From Akkermansia muciniphila (GTDB lineage: Bacteria > Verrucomicrobiota > Verrucomicrobiia > Limisphaerales > UBA9464): 60,925 nucleotides of DNA. This document shows, piece after piece, positions 10,653-19,496 of the stretch. Positions within the stretch are counted from its first letter, which is position 1; each line of letters begins with the position of its first letter. The position numbers and the translations under genes are program-made. The stretch lies in assembly GCA_945860685.1 (NCBI GenBank), contig CAMASJ010000001.1, positions 1 to 60,925 on the forward strand, read 5' to 3'. The notes under the pieces are model-generated. The model ran no database searches, was not told where the DNA came from, and was given only the letters and a program-made list of their open reading frames with translations.

Positions 10653-11600
10653 GTGGCCTGCCCCAATCCACTTCGTCTCCTGCTGAGCGCCGTCTCGGTC
10701 GCGGCCCTTTCTTCGTCTCCCGCCTTGGCGGTGATCACCTTCGGTTCCGGCGACCCGACACACAACACCACCGCGCCGACAGGCCTACTCGCTGGCAGCG
10801 GATGGCAGCACCTCGGGAACTGGAACGGCTTCGTCGGCACCCAGATCTCCGCCAACCAGTTCATCACCGCCGCGCACGTCGGGGGATCCATTGGCGGAAG
10901 CTTCATCGGGTCCGACGGCATCGCCTACACCACCACCTCCGTGTCGACCCGCAACGACCTCGCGGTCTGGACCGTCTCCGGCCAACTCCCAACCGCCGCG
11001 CCGCTCTACCGGGGGACGTCGGAGACCTCCCTCGACATGGTCCTCTTCGGACGCGGTGTCGGACGCGGCGCCGAGGTCTCGGCTCCTTCCGCCACCGATG
11101 CCAACCGCCTGCGTGGATGGGAATGGGGATCGAACGCGGCGCTGCGTTGGGGCACAAACCGCTTCGACTTCTCCCAGAGTTCCTATGCCGGAGTCGGTCC
11201 CGCCTTGATCGGCGACTTCGACCGCAACGGAGGGGCCGAGGAGAGCACGGTCTCGGGCGGTGACAGCGGCGGCGCGGCCTTCGTCCGCAACGGGTCCGAA
11301 TGGCAGCTCGCCGGCATCATCTTCGGCGTGCAGTCGACCGTACGCACCAGCTCGAGCGGTCCCAACCTGAGCGCCGCCATCTTCGACCTTGGGGGACTCT
11401 ACAACTCGAGCGGTAACCTGATCACCACCGACCAGACCTTCGACATCCCCGCCTCCTTCGTCGTGAGCCGGGTCTCGGCCAACCAGGCGTGGATCGCCTC
11501 GCAGTCGCCCACGCAGGTACCGGAACCGTCGACCTGGGCCGCGGTGCTAATGGCCGGCGCGGTCGGGGCCGGTTCGTGGATGCGTCGTCGGACTTCCTGA
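10653..11600 (+). CDS. Secreted trypsin-like serine protease with C-terminal PEP-CTERM sorting signal (paralogue 1)
   Basis: GTG start, signal peptide LLLSAVSVAALSSSPALA. Triad-like motifs ITAAHVGG, NDLAVW, GGDSGGAAF. The C-terminus is VPEPSTWAAVLMAGAVGAGSWMRRRTS (PEP motif + TM helix + Arg cluster). Confidence 0.85.
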   Translation: MACPNPLRLLLSAVSVAALSSSPALAVITFGSGDPTHNTTAPTGLLAGSGWQHLGNWNGFVGTQISANQFITAAHVGGSIGGSFIGSDGIAYTTTSVSTRNDLAVWTVSGQLPTAAPLYRGTSETSLDMVLFGRGVGRGAEVSAPSATDANRLRGWEWGSNAALRWGTNRFDFSQSSYAGVGPALIGDFDRNGGAEESTVSGGDSGGAAFVRNGSEWQLAGIIFGVQSTVRTSSSGPNLSAAIFDLGGLYNSSGNLITTDQTFDIPASFVVSRVSANQAWIASQSPTQVPEPSTWAAVLMAGAVGAGSWMRRRTS

Positions 11601-11668
11601 TCGCTCTCCGGCCCGAAGTTCCACTCGCGCTGTCGCACGCGCCGCGCTATCCCCTTACCCCCCGGTCC

Positions 11669-12613
11669 ATGAAGCCATCCTTCCTCCAAGCCGTCCTCGC
11701 CCTCCTGATCTTGGCGTCCGCCAACACGGCCCAGGCAATCGTCTTCGCCAGCACCGGGGACCCCTCCTTCAACACCACCGCGCCGACTGGCGCCCTCGAA
11801 GGCAGCGGATGGCAGTACCTCGGCAACTGGAACGGCTTCGTCGGGACGCAGATCTCCCAAAACCAGTTCATCACCGCCAGCCATGTCGGTGGGTCCGTAG
11901 GCGGCTCGTTCACCGCGTCCAACGGCCAGACCTTCACCACGCTCGCAGTCGCCCAGACCAACGACCTCGCCATTTGGACGGTCTCTGGGACGCTTCCAAC
12001 ACACGCTCCGGTTTACAGCGGGTCTTCCGAAGGCTCGCTCGACATGGTGGTCTTCGGCCGCGGCATCGGTCGCGGAGCCGAGTTCCGGTCGCCGACCGCG
12101 ACCGACGCGGACAACCTGCGCGGATGGGAATGGGGTGGCTCTGGCGCCCTCCGCTGGGGAACCAACCGCTTCGAGTTCGCAGACTCGGGATATGTCAACG
12201 GATCGACTCCCATCGGCAGCATCCTGGCGGCCGGGTTCTCCCGCAATGGCGGCGCCAATGAGGCGACCGTCGCCAGCGGCGACAGCGGCGGTTCGACCTT
12301 CGTTCGTGTCGGCGGAGTCTGGCAGCTCGCGGGCATCATCTACGGCGTCCAGTCCTCGTTCCGGACCACGCCCACAGGCTCGACGGTCAACGCGGCGATC
12401 TTCGACATGGGCGCCCTCTACGGCTCGAATGGCACGTTGGTCGCAGCGGATGCCGCCGGGGACATCGAGTCCCTCTTCATCGCCAGCCGTCTCGGCGCGG
12501 CCGACAATCAGGCGTGGATCCTTTCCCAGGTCCCGGAGCCGGCCCACCACGCGATGGTCTCCGCGGCGGTGATCGGAGTCGCGGCTTGGCTCCGCCGACA
12601 GGCCCGTCGCTGA
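11669..12613 (+). CDS. Secreted trypsin-like serine protease with C-terminal PEP-CTERM sorting signal (paralogue 2)
   Basis: ATG at 11669 (MKPSFLQAVLALLILASANTAQA). Motifs ITASHVGG, NDLAIW, SGDSGGSTF. The C-terminus is VPEPAHHAMVSAAVIGVAAWLRRQARR. It is colinear with the preceding gene over its whole length. Confidence 0.85.
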   Translation: MKPSFLQAVLALLILASANTAQAIVFASTGDPSFNTTAPTGALEGSGWQYLGNWNGFVGTQISQNQFITASHVGGSVGGSFTASNGQTFTTLAVAQTNDLAIWTVSGTLPTHAPVYSGSSEGSLDMVVFGRGIGRGAEFRSPTATDADNLRGWEWGGSGALRWGTNRFEFADSGYVNGSTPIGSILAAGFSRNGGANEATVASGDSGGSTFVRVGGVWQLAGIIYGVQSSFRTTPTGSTVNAAIFDMGALYGSNGTLVAADAAGDIESLFIASRLGAADNQAWILSQVPEPAHHAMVSAAVIGVAAWLRRQARR

Positions 12614-12697
12614 CCCGGATTCAGCCACCACGCCACCCCGGTCGCCGGTCGATTGTTTCCCGCTTTCGCGGTTTGCGCCTATGGTGTCGCCGCTCGA

Positions 12698-13915
12698 ATG
12701 AAGAAGAGGAACGCGAAGAAGGGCCAGTTCGACGACATTCCGTCCGTCCTGAAGGACATCCGGTCCGGCCGCATGGTGGTGGTGGTCGACGATGAGGACC
12801 GCGAGAACGAGGGCGACCTCGTCCTCGCGGCGGAAAAGGTCACGCCCGAAGCCGTCAACTTCATGGCGAAGCATGCCCGCGGACTGATCTGCGTACCGAC
12901 CACCGGCGATCGGCTCAAGCAGTTGGGCGTCGAACAGATGGTCGTGCAGAACCGCGACACTTTCAAAACCGACTTCCAGGTGAGCGTGGACGCGGCCCGC
13001 GGGGTCACCACGGGGATCAGCGCGGCCGACCGCGCGCGGACCATCCAGATCATGGTGGATCCTACCGCCACCCCTGCCGACCTGGTTCAGCCAGGACACA
13101 TCTTTCCATTGCGTTCGAAGCCTGGAGGGGTGCTGCGCCGGGCCGGACACACCGAGGCGGCCGTCGACCTCGCCTCGCTCGCCGGACTCAGGCCCGCCGG
13201 CGTGATCTGCGAGATCATGAACGACGACGGCACCATGGCCCGACTTCCCGAGCTTCTTCGCTTCGCGAGGCGTCATCGCCTGAAAATCTGCACCATCGAG
13301 GACCTCATCGAATTCCGGCGCACGTCGGAACGGCTCGTCGAGAAGGTGGAGGCGATCCGCATGCCGACCGACTACGGCGAGTTCACACTCCACCTCTACG
13401 AATCCAAGGTCGACGGCACCCAACACTTGGCCCTGGTGAAGGGCGAAGTCTCCGGGAAAAAGGGCGTCCTGGTCCGAGTCCACAGCGAGTGCCTCACCGG
13501 CGACGTCTTCGGCTCGCGGCGATGCGACTGCGGTCCGCAACTCCACGCCGCGATGCAACGGATCGAAGAGGAAGGACGCGGGGTCATCCTCTACATGCGC
13601 CAGGAGGGACGTGGCATCGGGCTGGGCCCAAAGATCAAGGCCTACAAGCTCCAGGAGCAGGGTCTCGACACGGTGGACGCAAACTTGAAGCTGGGATTCC
13701 CGATGGACCTCCGGGACTACGGTTTCGGGGCCCAGATGCTGTGCGACCTCGGGCTCAAGACGATCCGGCTCCTGACCAACAACCCGAAGAAGGTCGTCGG
13801 GCTTCAGGGACATGGGCTCGAGATCGTCGAGCAGCTCCCGATCCGCGTGAAGCCGAACCCTGAGAACGAGCGCTATCTCAAGACCAAGCGCGAGCGGATG
13901 GGGCACACGCTTTGA
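12698..13915 (+). CDS. ribBA: Bifunctional 3,4-dihydroxy-2-butanone-4-phosphate synthase / GTP cyclohydrolase II
   Basis: RibB motifs: VVVDDEDRENEGDLVLAAEKVTPEAVNFMAKHARGLICVP. RibA motifs: VRVHSECLTGDVFGSRRCDCGPQL, YMRQEGRGIGL. ATG at 12698. Confidence 0.93.
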   Translation: MKKRNAKKGQFDDIPSVLKDIRSGRMVVVVDDEDRENEGDLVLAAEKVTPEAVNFMAKHARGLICVPTTGDRLKQLGVEQMVVQNRDTFKTDFQVSVDAARGVTTGISAADRARTIQIMVDPTATPADLVQPGHIFPLRSKPGGVLRRAGHTEAAVDLASLAGLRPAGVICEIMNDDGTMARLPELLRFARRHRLKICTIEDLIEFRRTSERLVEKVEAIRMPTDYGEFTLHLYESKVDGTQHLALVKGEVSGKKGVLVRVHSECLTGDVFGSRRCDCGPQLHAAMQRIEEEGRGVILYMRQEGRGIGLGPKIKAYKLQEQGLDTVDANLKLGFPMDLRDYGFGAQMLCDLGLKTIRLLTNNPKKVVGLQGHGLEIVEQLPIRVKPNPENERYLKTKRERMGHTL

Positions 13916-14015
13916 AGCGGCGCTGAGTCGACACGGATTGGACGGATTCATTCGGTACGGATGCCACGTTGGTTCGAGGCAAATCCGTGCAATCCGCGTC
14001 GAAGATCCCGTTCCC

Positions 14016-15275
14016 ATGCCCTCCCAACTCGACTTTGGCCACGCCCCGGAAACGATCCAGATCTGGAAGCGTCTGGCCTCGGAAGCCCTGAAGGCCGGCG
14101 CCAGCACGCCGTTCTACCTGTTTGCTGTCGATCCGGTCCGTGAGCGGCTGTCCGCGCTGGAAGCCCTCGACTTCGGCCTCCCCGTCACCCACTGGCTTTC
14201 CACCAAGACCCAACCCGTTGCGCCCCTGCTCCGCTGGTGGCGGGAGGCGGGACGTCCGGTGGAGGTGGTCAGCGAGTTCGAGTACCACGCCGCACGGGCG
14301 GAAGGTTTCGCCACGGACAGCATCCTGATCAACGGGCCGGCCAAACACCTTTGGCTGCCGTCCTTGGCCGAAGCGGGGATGCGGGTGAACTTCGACTCGG
14401 CTGGGGAATTGGAGGCGCTGCTGCCGTTGGCCCGGGATCTCGGGTGGCGCTGCGGACTCCGGATCTGCACGCGGGAGGAATTCGATCCCGAGCACTCCAC
14501 CTTCGCGACCCAGTTCGGCTTCACTCCGGACGAGGCGCGCGAGGTCCTGCCCGGACTCCTTCGCAACGGCCCTGTCCCCGAGGTGCTGCACCTGCACCTT
14601 CGGACCAACGTCTCGCGGGCCGGGATCTATGCCGCCGCCCTGACGGAAGCGCTGGCCCTCGCACGCGAAACCGGCTGGCAGCCCCGGGTGGTGGATCTGG
14701 GAGGCGGGCTTCCACATGCCCACACCACCGGTCGAGACGGCAAGGCCTTCGACACCGGCATGGACCTTCCCGACCTCGCCGCGCAGATCCGCCGGATCCT
14801 GGGCGCGCACCCGTTCGTGGAGGAACTGTGGCTGGAGAACGGCCGCTTCGTCACCGCCAGCTCGGGCATCCTCGTGCTGAAGGTCCTCGACAGGAAGCAG
14901 CGCCGCGGACTGCGCCAGTTGATCTGCAACGGAGGGCGGACGATGAACGCGCTGGTCTCGAACTGGGAGCAGCACCGGCTCGAACCGTTGGAAGAACGTC
15001 TGGGGGAAGGTGTCGAGACCGTCGTCCACGGCCCGACCTGCATGGCTTGGGACCAGATCGCGCGACAGCCCCTGCCGTCGGACCTCTCGCCGGGCGACCA
15101 CCTCGTCTGGTTCGAGGCGGGAGCCTATCACCTGGCTTGGGAAACCCGGTTCAGCCACGGGCTCGCCGCCGTGTGGTGGCACGACGAAAAGGGATTGCAG
15201 GAGGCCCGGGGCGCCGACTCCTTCGAGCGATGGTGGGGCGGGTGGAATCGAACGACTCCCGACCGAAGTGCCTAG
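14016..15275 (+). CDS. Fold-type III PLP-dependent decarboxylase (ornithine/diaminopimelate/arginine decarboxylase family)
   Basis: PFYLFAVDPVRERL..., candidate PLP-Lys in WLSTKTQP, EVVSEFEYHAARAEGF, ILINGPAKH, VVDLGGGLP, and a C-terminal beta-domain (CMAWDQIA...GAYHLAW). ATG at 14016. The substrate cannot be assigned by eye. Confidence 0.8.
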   Translation: MPSQLDFGHAPETIQIWKRLASEALKAGASTPFYLFAVDPVRERLSALEALDFGLPVTHWLSTKTQPVAPLLRWWREAGRPVEVVSEFEYHAARAEGFATDSILINGPAKHLWLPSLAEAGMRVNFDSAGELEALLPLARDLGWRCGLRICTREEFDPEHSTFATQFGFTPDEAREVLPGLLRNGPVPEVLHLHLRTNVSRAGIYAAALTEALALARETGWQPRVVDLGGGLPHAHTTGRDGKAFDTGMDLPDLAAQIRRILGAHPFVEELWLENGRFVTASSGILVLKVLDRKQRRGLRQLICNGGRTMNALVSNWEQHRLEPLEERLGEGVETVVHGPTCMAWDQIARQPLPSDLSPGDHLVWFEAGAYHLAWETRFSHGLAAVWWHDEKGLQEARGADSFERWWGGWNRTTPDRSA

Positions 15276-15564
15276 AATCCGGCGGCCTTCGCCAGCTCCA
15301 GCACCCGCGGTCGGGCGATCTCAAACGCGTCCCGAAGCTCGATCAGGTCGGGCGGGACCACCTGCCGCATGGCCTCTTCCACCACGACGGGGATCCGGGT
15401 CGAGTTGTCCAACGGAACTCATTGGGCCTACCGGTCGGATCCATTGGGTCGCCGACTCGACTCGGCGCCGAGCAATCCCAGTCGTGTCCACAAAGCGAGT
15501 GGGTTGCGGAAGAACACCGGAACGGGAAGGACCGGCTTTCGGAGGGCGAGCCGCCAGGTCGACC

Positions 15565-15596
15565 AAAAAGGGTCGTCGAGTTCAAACCGACGACCC
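15565..15596 (-). terminator. Rho-independent terminator candidate for the minus-strand adenylating-enzyme transcript
   Basis: Perfect 9-bp GC-rich stem GGGTCGTCG (15570-15578) / CGACGACCC (15588-15596) with a 9-nt loop. On the minus strand it is followed by TTTTT (plus-strand A5 at 15565-15569). Confidence 0.55.
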
Positions 15597-15848
15597 GGAT
15601 TGGCGATGTGGACGAACTCCTGTTAAGCCCGCGCTTCCATGGCGAGCTCTGTCAGTCTGACCGGACTGTTTCCGGTGGCTGCCAGCATCGCAACACCGGG
15701 CCGGAAGGTCTGCGGTTGTTGGGGCAGCGCCGGATTCAGCAGTGCAAGGCGGGCCTCTCGTTCCGACCGCGATCGATCCACTTCCGGCCTCCGGAACTCG
15801 AAGCGGGCCGCATGTTCCGGGAGCGCGATCTCCGGATCGGCGCCTGCC

Positions 15849-16931
15849 TCAGTACACGCCCTCGACGATGGTCTTCTCCATCGCACCAAAGGGACGCACG
15901 TCGCCGACGCCGTCCCAGGCATAGGGCGGACGCGGTGCACGGCGGATGGCCTCGTCGCGCTCGAGGAACCGGGGCATGAAGAATTCCTTCGTGAGCGTGG
16001 TCAGCTCCACCCGACCGAATTCGCCGTAGTTGACCAACTCGTTCGTCGAGCTCGGCTTCACCACCCGCAACACCGCGCGCGGCTGGGGCGAGTAGTAGGT
16101 GACGCTGAAGTTGTCCTCCGGCTGGAGCGGGACGCTGGCCGCGAGACCCATCAGGGTGTTGCCGTAGGTCGGATAGAAACCGATGCGGTTTTCAAGCAGT
16201 TCCTCGACGATGAAGCGCACTTCCTGGGGCTTCATCGAGGTGCCGCCACAGAAGACGCCGCGGATGCCGGCCTCCCACAGGTTCACCTGCTCCGCCAGGG
16301 CTTCGAGCAGCTTCGGCGTGGTGAACAGGCCGCTCACCTTGCGGTGCCTCAGGATGGTGGCCGCCTGGTCCACCACGTGGGCCATGTACTGCTTCGCCAC
16401 GTCGTACTGCTTGTTCGAAAGCAGCTTCTTCACGAAGCGCGGGTCCAGGTCGATGAAGTAGCAGGAGCTGCCGCGGACGTTGGCCAGATGCTCGATCGCC
16501 AGCCGGAGCCGTCGCGGACCCGTCGGCCCCATCATCAGCCACGCTCCACCGCGCGGGAAGTGGTCGTCGGCGATCTTGTCGCTGAACTCCGAGTAATCGA
16601 CCTTGTAGTCGTTCCAGCCGATGCGCTGCTTCGGCATTCCGGTCGTGCCTCCGGTCTCGAAGATGTTGAACGGCTGGCCCTTGAACGCCGCGGGAACCCA
16701 GACCTCGGGCTGCAGGTCCCGGAGCGTCTCGTCCTGGAAGTGCTGGAACTTGAGTACGTCCTCGAAGGTTTGGATCTCCCGGCGCGGATCCCAGTTCTTC
16801 TTCGCCCAGTCCAGCCAGAACGGGCAGCCGGTCTCGGGGCTGAAATGCCACTGGATGATCTCGCGCAGGTGGGCGTCGAGCTGGGCCTTGGCGGCGGCAA
16901 CGGCCTCAGGGGCAACGGTGGGGATCGGCAT
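15849..16931 (-). CDS. ANL-superfamily adenylate-forming enzyme, PaaK/F390-synthetase-like (short, 360 aa)
   Basis: The motif FETGGTTGMPK resembles the (S/T)(S/G)GTTGxPK phosphate-binding loop of phenylacetate-CoA ligase-type enzymes. Further features are GGTSM and the later YGNTLMG. ATG at 16931. Confidence 0.78.
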   Translation of the reverse strand: MPIPTVAPEAVAAAKAQLDAHLREIIQWHFSPETGCPFWLDWAKKNWDPRREIQTFEDVLKFQHFQDETLRDLQPEVWVPAAFKGQPFNIFETGGTTGMPKQRIGWNDYKVDYSEFSDKIADDHFPRGGAWLMMGPTGPRRLRLAIEHLANVRGSSCYFIDLDPRFVKKLLSNKQYDVAKQYMAHVVDQAATILRHRKVSGLFTTPKLLEALAEQVNLWEAGIRGVFCGGTSMKPQEVRFIVEELLENRIGFYPTYGNTLMGLAASVPLQPEDNFSVTYYSPQPRAVLRVVKPSSTNELVNYGEFGRVELTTLTKEFFMPRFLERDEAIRRAPRPPYAWDGVGDVRPFGAMEKTIVEGVY

Positions 16932-16956
16932 AACGTCGTTTGTTCGTCGGCACGAT

Positions 16957-16972
16957 AGTACGTGTCCGTACT
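16957..16972. promoter_or_regulatory. Inverted repeat AGTACG-tgtc-CGTACT in a divergent promoter region (candidate operator)
   Basis: Perfect 6-4-6 palindrome 26 nt upstream of the adenylating-enzyme start. It lies in the 214-bp gap shared with the divergent MFS gene. Confidence 0.3.
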
Positions 16973-17145
16973 TTTTAAACTGGGAAGTTTGTGAAGCCTT
17001 TCACCTATCCCATGGGCTCGCGTTTCTGGCGATGCGCTTGGGGGGTTCCGGTTCCAGAGTGACCGCAGTGCCACCGGGAACCGCGTCCCGCAAACAGACG
17101 GCGGTTGCCTTTTTGCTTCTCCGCCACGGAGGATGAAGTCGTCCC

Positions 17146-18393
17146 GTGACCGACTCCCGCGAATCCCGTTCCACCGGTCTACATGCCTGGGGCGTGGTCG
17201 CCCTGCTCTGGCCGGTGGCGGTCCTCAACTACCTCGACCGCATGATGGTGGCGACCATGCGGTCGTCCATCCGGTCCGACATCCCGGACATCGCCAACGA
17301 CGCCGAGTTCGGGCTGCTGATGGCGATCTTCATGTGGGTCTACGCGGCATTGAGCCCCGTCGGCGGATACCTCGCCGACCGCTTCAACCGCCGTTGGACC
17401 ATCCTCCTGAGCCTGCTGGTCTGGTCGGCGGTCACCTGGCTGACCGGACATGCACACTCGTTCACGCAGATGGCTTGGCTGCGCGCGGCGATGGGGGTCA
17501 GCGAAGCCTTCTACATGCCCGCCGCCTTGGCGCTGATCGCCGACGCCCATCCTGGCGAGACGCGGTCCCGGGCGATCGGACTCCACCTCAGCGGCGTGTA
17601 TGTGGGCCAGGCCTTGGGCGGACTCGGCGGTTGGATCGCCGACACCAGCTCGTGGCGCAACGCCTTCATCTGGTTCGGCGCCGCCGGTGTCGTCTACGGA
17701 CTGGTCCTCGCCGGACTGCTGCGGGATCCGGGTCGGGCCCGGGAACAGGCCGCGGGCGAGAAGCCCATCCCGCTTGGTTCCACGCTGAAGGTGCTGCTCG
17801 GTTGCGGCGGCTTTCTGCTGCTCGTGCTCCATTTCACCCTTCCGGCCCAACCGGGCTGGGCGGTGAAGAACTGGCTGCCCACCTTCCTGTCCTCGGAGTT
17901 CGGGCTGAAGCAGGGGCCCGCCGGCCTTTCCGCTACTGGCTACGTCACCCTCGCCTCCGTTGCCGGCGTGATCCTCGGAGGCGTGCTGGCCGACCGGTGG
18001 AGCCGGCGGACTCCTCGTGGCCGGATCCATGTCAGCGCCTTGGGTGTGGCCCTCTGCATCCCGGCCCTGATCGGATTCGGAATGCCCGGCTCGCTGGGCA
18101 TGGCCATCGCCTGCATGATGCTTTTCGGCCTCGGATTCGGGCTGTTTGACGCCAACAACATGCCGATCCTCGCCCAACTGGTCGGTCCTAGGTACCGCGC
18201 GACCGGCTATGGGATCATGAACTTCGTCAGCATCAGCGCCGGTGCCGGCATCACCATACTGCTGGGCCGGATGCGAGACTCCGGCATCCCGATGTCACGC
18301 GCCTTCCTGATCCTCGCCGCGGTGACCGCCATCTCGGTGGCGGTCGTCTCCGCCATCCGTCTCCCCGCCGCGATTCCGAATCCGAAGTCCTGA
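17146..18393 (+). CDS. MFS transporter (anion:cation symporter / sugar-acid type)
   Basis: 415 aa and ~12 TM helices. MFS signature region LNYLDRMMVATM...GGYLADRFNRRWTILLS (the G-x-L-x-D-R-x-G-R-R-like loop 2-3). GTG start. Confidence 0.85.
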   Translation: MTDSRESRSTGLHAWGVVALLWPVAVLNYLDRMMVATMRSSIRSDIPDIANDAEFGLLMAIFMWVYAALSPVGGYLADRFNRRWTILLSLLVWSAVTWLTGHAHSFTQMAWLRAAMGVSEAFYMPAALALIADAHPGETRSRAIGLHLSGVYVGQALGGLGGWIADTSSWRNAFIWFGAAGVVYGLVLAGLLRDPGRAREQAAGEKPIPLGSTLKVLLGCGGFLLLVLHFTLPAQPGWAVKNWLPTFLSSEFGLKQGPAGLSATGYVTLASVAGVILGGVLADRWSRRTPRGRIHVSALGVALCIPALIGFGMPGSLGMAIACMMLFGLGFGLFDANNMPILAQLVGPRYRATGYGIMNFVSISAGAGITILLGRMRDSGIPMSRAFLILAAVTAISVAVVSAIRLPAAIPNPKS

Positions 18394-18421
18394 TCCCTTG
18401 GTCCTTCCCGCCCCAGATCCA

Positions 18422-19315
18422 ATGTCCCACTTCCCGCTGATCGCCGCGCCACCCACCGCCTTCCACGCGGACGGTTCCCTTCACCTTGGAGCCGTCGAAG
18501 TCCAAGCGGAGCGCCTGGTCGCCGACGGTGTCGACGGGGTCTTCGTATGTGGCACCACCGGCGAGGCGAGCTCGATGACCACCGGGGAGCGCATGGCCCT
18601 CGCCACCCGTTGGTCGGAGGTGCTCCGTGGAGGCCCGATGCAACTGCTGGTCCATGTGGGAACCAACTGCATCGAGGACGCGAAGTCGCTCGCACGCCAT
18701 GCGGCCGAACTTGGTGCGGGAGGATTCGCAGCGGTGGCACCCTGCTACTTCAAGCCGGCCGACATCCGGGCGCTGCTCGAGGTGATGGCGGCGATCGCAG
18801 GCGCTGCGCCGGAGCTTCCGTTCTACTACTACGAGATCCCCTCACTCACCGGAATATGCCTGCCGTCGGACCGGTTCCTCGCGGCGGCCCTCGAGCGCAT
18901 TCCCAACCTCGTCGGACTCAAGTTCAGCAACAGCGACCTCGTCATGTTGCAGCGTTGCGCGGCGGTGGCTCCGGGGCGGTTGGAGATCCGGATGGGTAGC
19001 GACGAACTGCTCTTGGCCGCGTTCCATTACGGCGCTACCGGTGCTGTCGGGTCCACCTACAATGTGGCCACACCCCTGTTCCGAACCCTGGTCGACACGG
19101 CCCGATCCGGGGATGTTGCGGCCGCCCGCGCCGCCCAGCTGGTTTCAGTCCGCCTGATCGACATCCTGGCCAAACGCGGCTACCTCCCCTCCCTCAAGGC
19201 GCTGATGACGGCGAGAGGAATCCCGATGGGCCCCGTCCGGCTTCCTCTCCGCAACCTGGACGCCGCTTCGACGGCGGAACTGTTCGGAGAACTCGACACC
19301 CTCGAATTCCACTGA
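18422..19315 (+). CDS. Dihydrodipicolinate synthase / N-acetylneuraminate lyase family (class I aldolase) protein
   Basis: AFHADGSLHLGAVEVQAERLVADGVDGVFVCGTTGEASSMTTGERMAL matches the DapA/NanA GTTGE motif region, and YYYEIPSLTG resembles the YN(I/V)P motif. ATG at 18422; the track's TTG at 18398 is an alternative. It sits directly after the MFS gene. Confidence 0.85.
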   Translation: MSHFPLIAAPPTAFHADGSLHLGAVEVQAERLVADGVDGVFVCGTTGEASSMTTGERMALATRWSEVLRGGPMQLLVHVGTNCIEDAKSLARHAAELGAGGFAAVAPCYFKPADIRALLEVMAAIAGAAPELPFYYYEIPSLTGICLPSDRFLAAALERIPNLVGLKFSNSDLVMLQRCAAVAPGRLEIRMGSDELLLAAFHYGATGAVGSTYNVATPLFRTLVDTARSGDVAAARAAQLVSVRLIDILAKRGYLPSLKALMTARGIPMGPVRLPLRNLDAASTAELFGELDTLEFH

Positions 19316-19457
19316 CCCCGAGGCGGCCTCGGTCCTGCCGACTTCCTCGCCGTAGCCGCGGTTGACCCTCAGCGACGCCACTCGTGGGACCACCGCCGTG
19401 GACCGATGGAGGTTCTGCACCAGTTCACCGCTGCAGGACTTCCAGTCGCACTTCAGC

Positions 19458-19496
19458 GGATCCAAAAGGGACACGCACACAGGCTACCGGTTGACA
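19458..19496. repeat. Left copy of an imperfect direct repeat bracketing the low-GC island
   Basis: GGATCC-AAAAGGGACACGcacacAGGCTACC-GGTTGACA aligns with 24527..24576, GGAACCCATAAGGGACACGtccgtAGGCTACCCGGT(ccatatta)TTGACA. Confidence 0.4.

Noticed and set aside
12614-12697. Possible FMN riboswitch upstream of ribBA
   Set aside because: Only 84 nt are available, and none of the conserved RFN-element strings (for example the GGGCGG...CCCACCGG-type cores) are visible.
11399-14107. 902-aa minus-strand ORF spanning the protease paralogue and ribBA
   Set aside because: It is antisense to two genes with clear family motifs. Its translation is Arg/Gly/Asp/Leu-rich with no motif. Long stop-free antisense frames are expected at this GC content.
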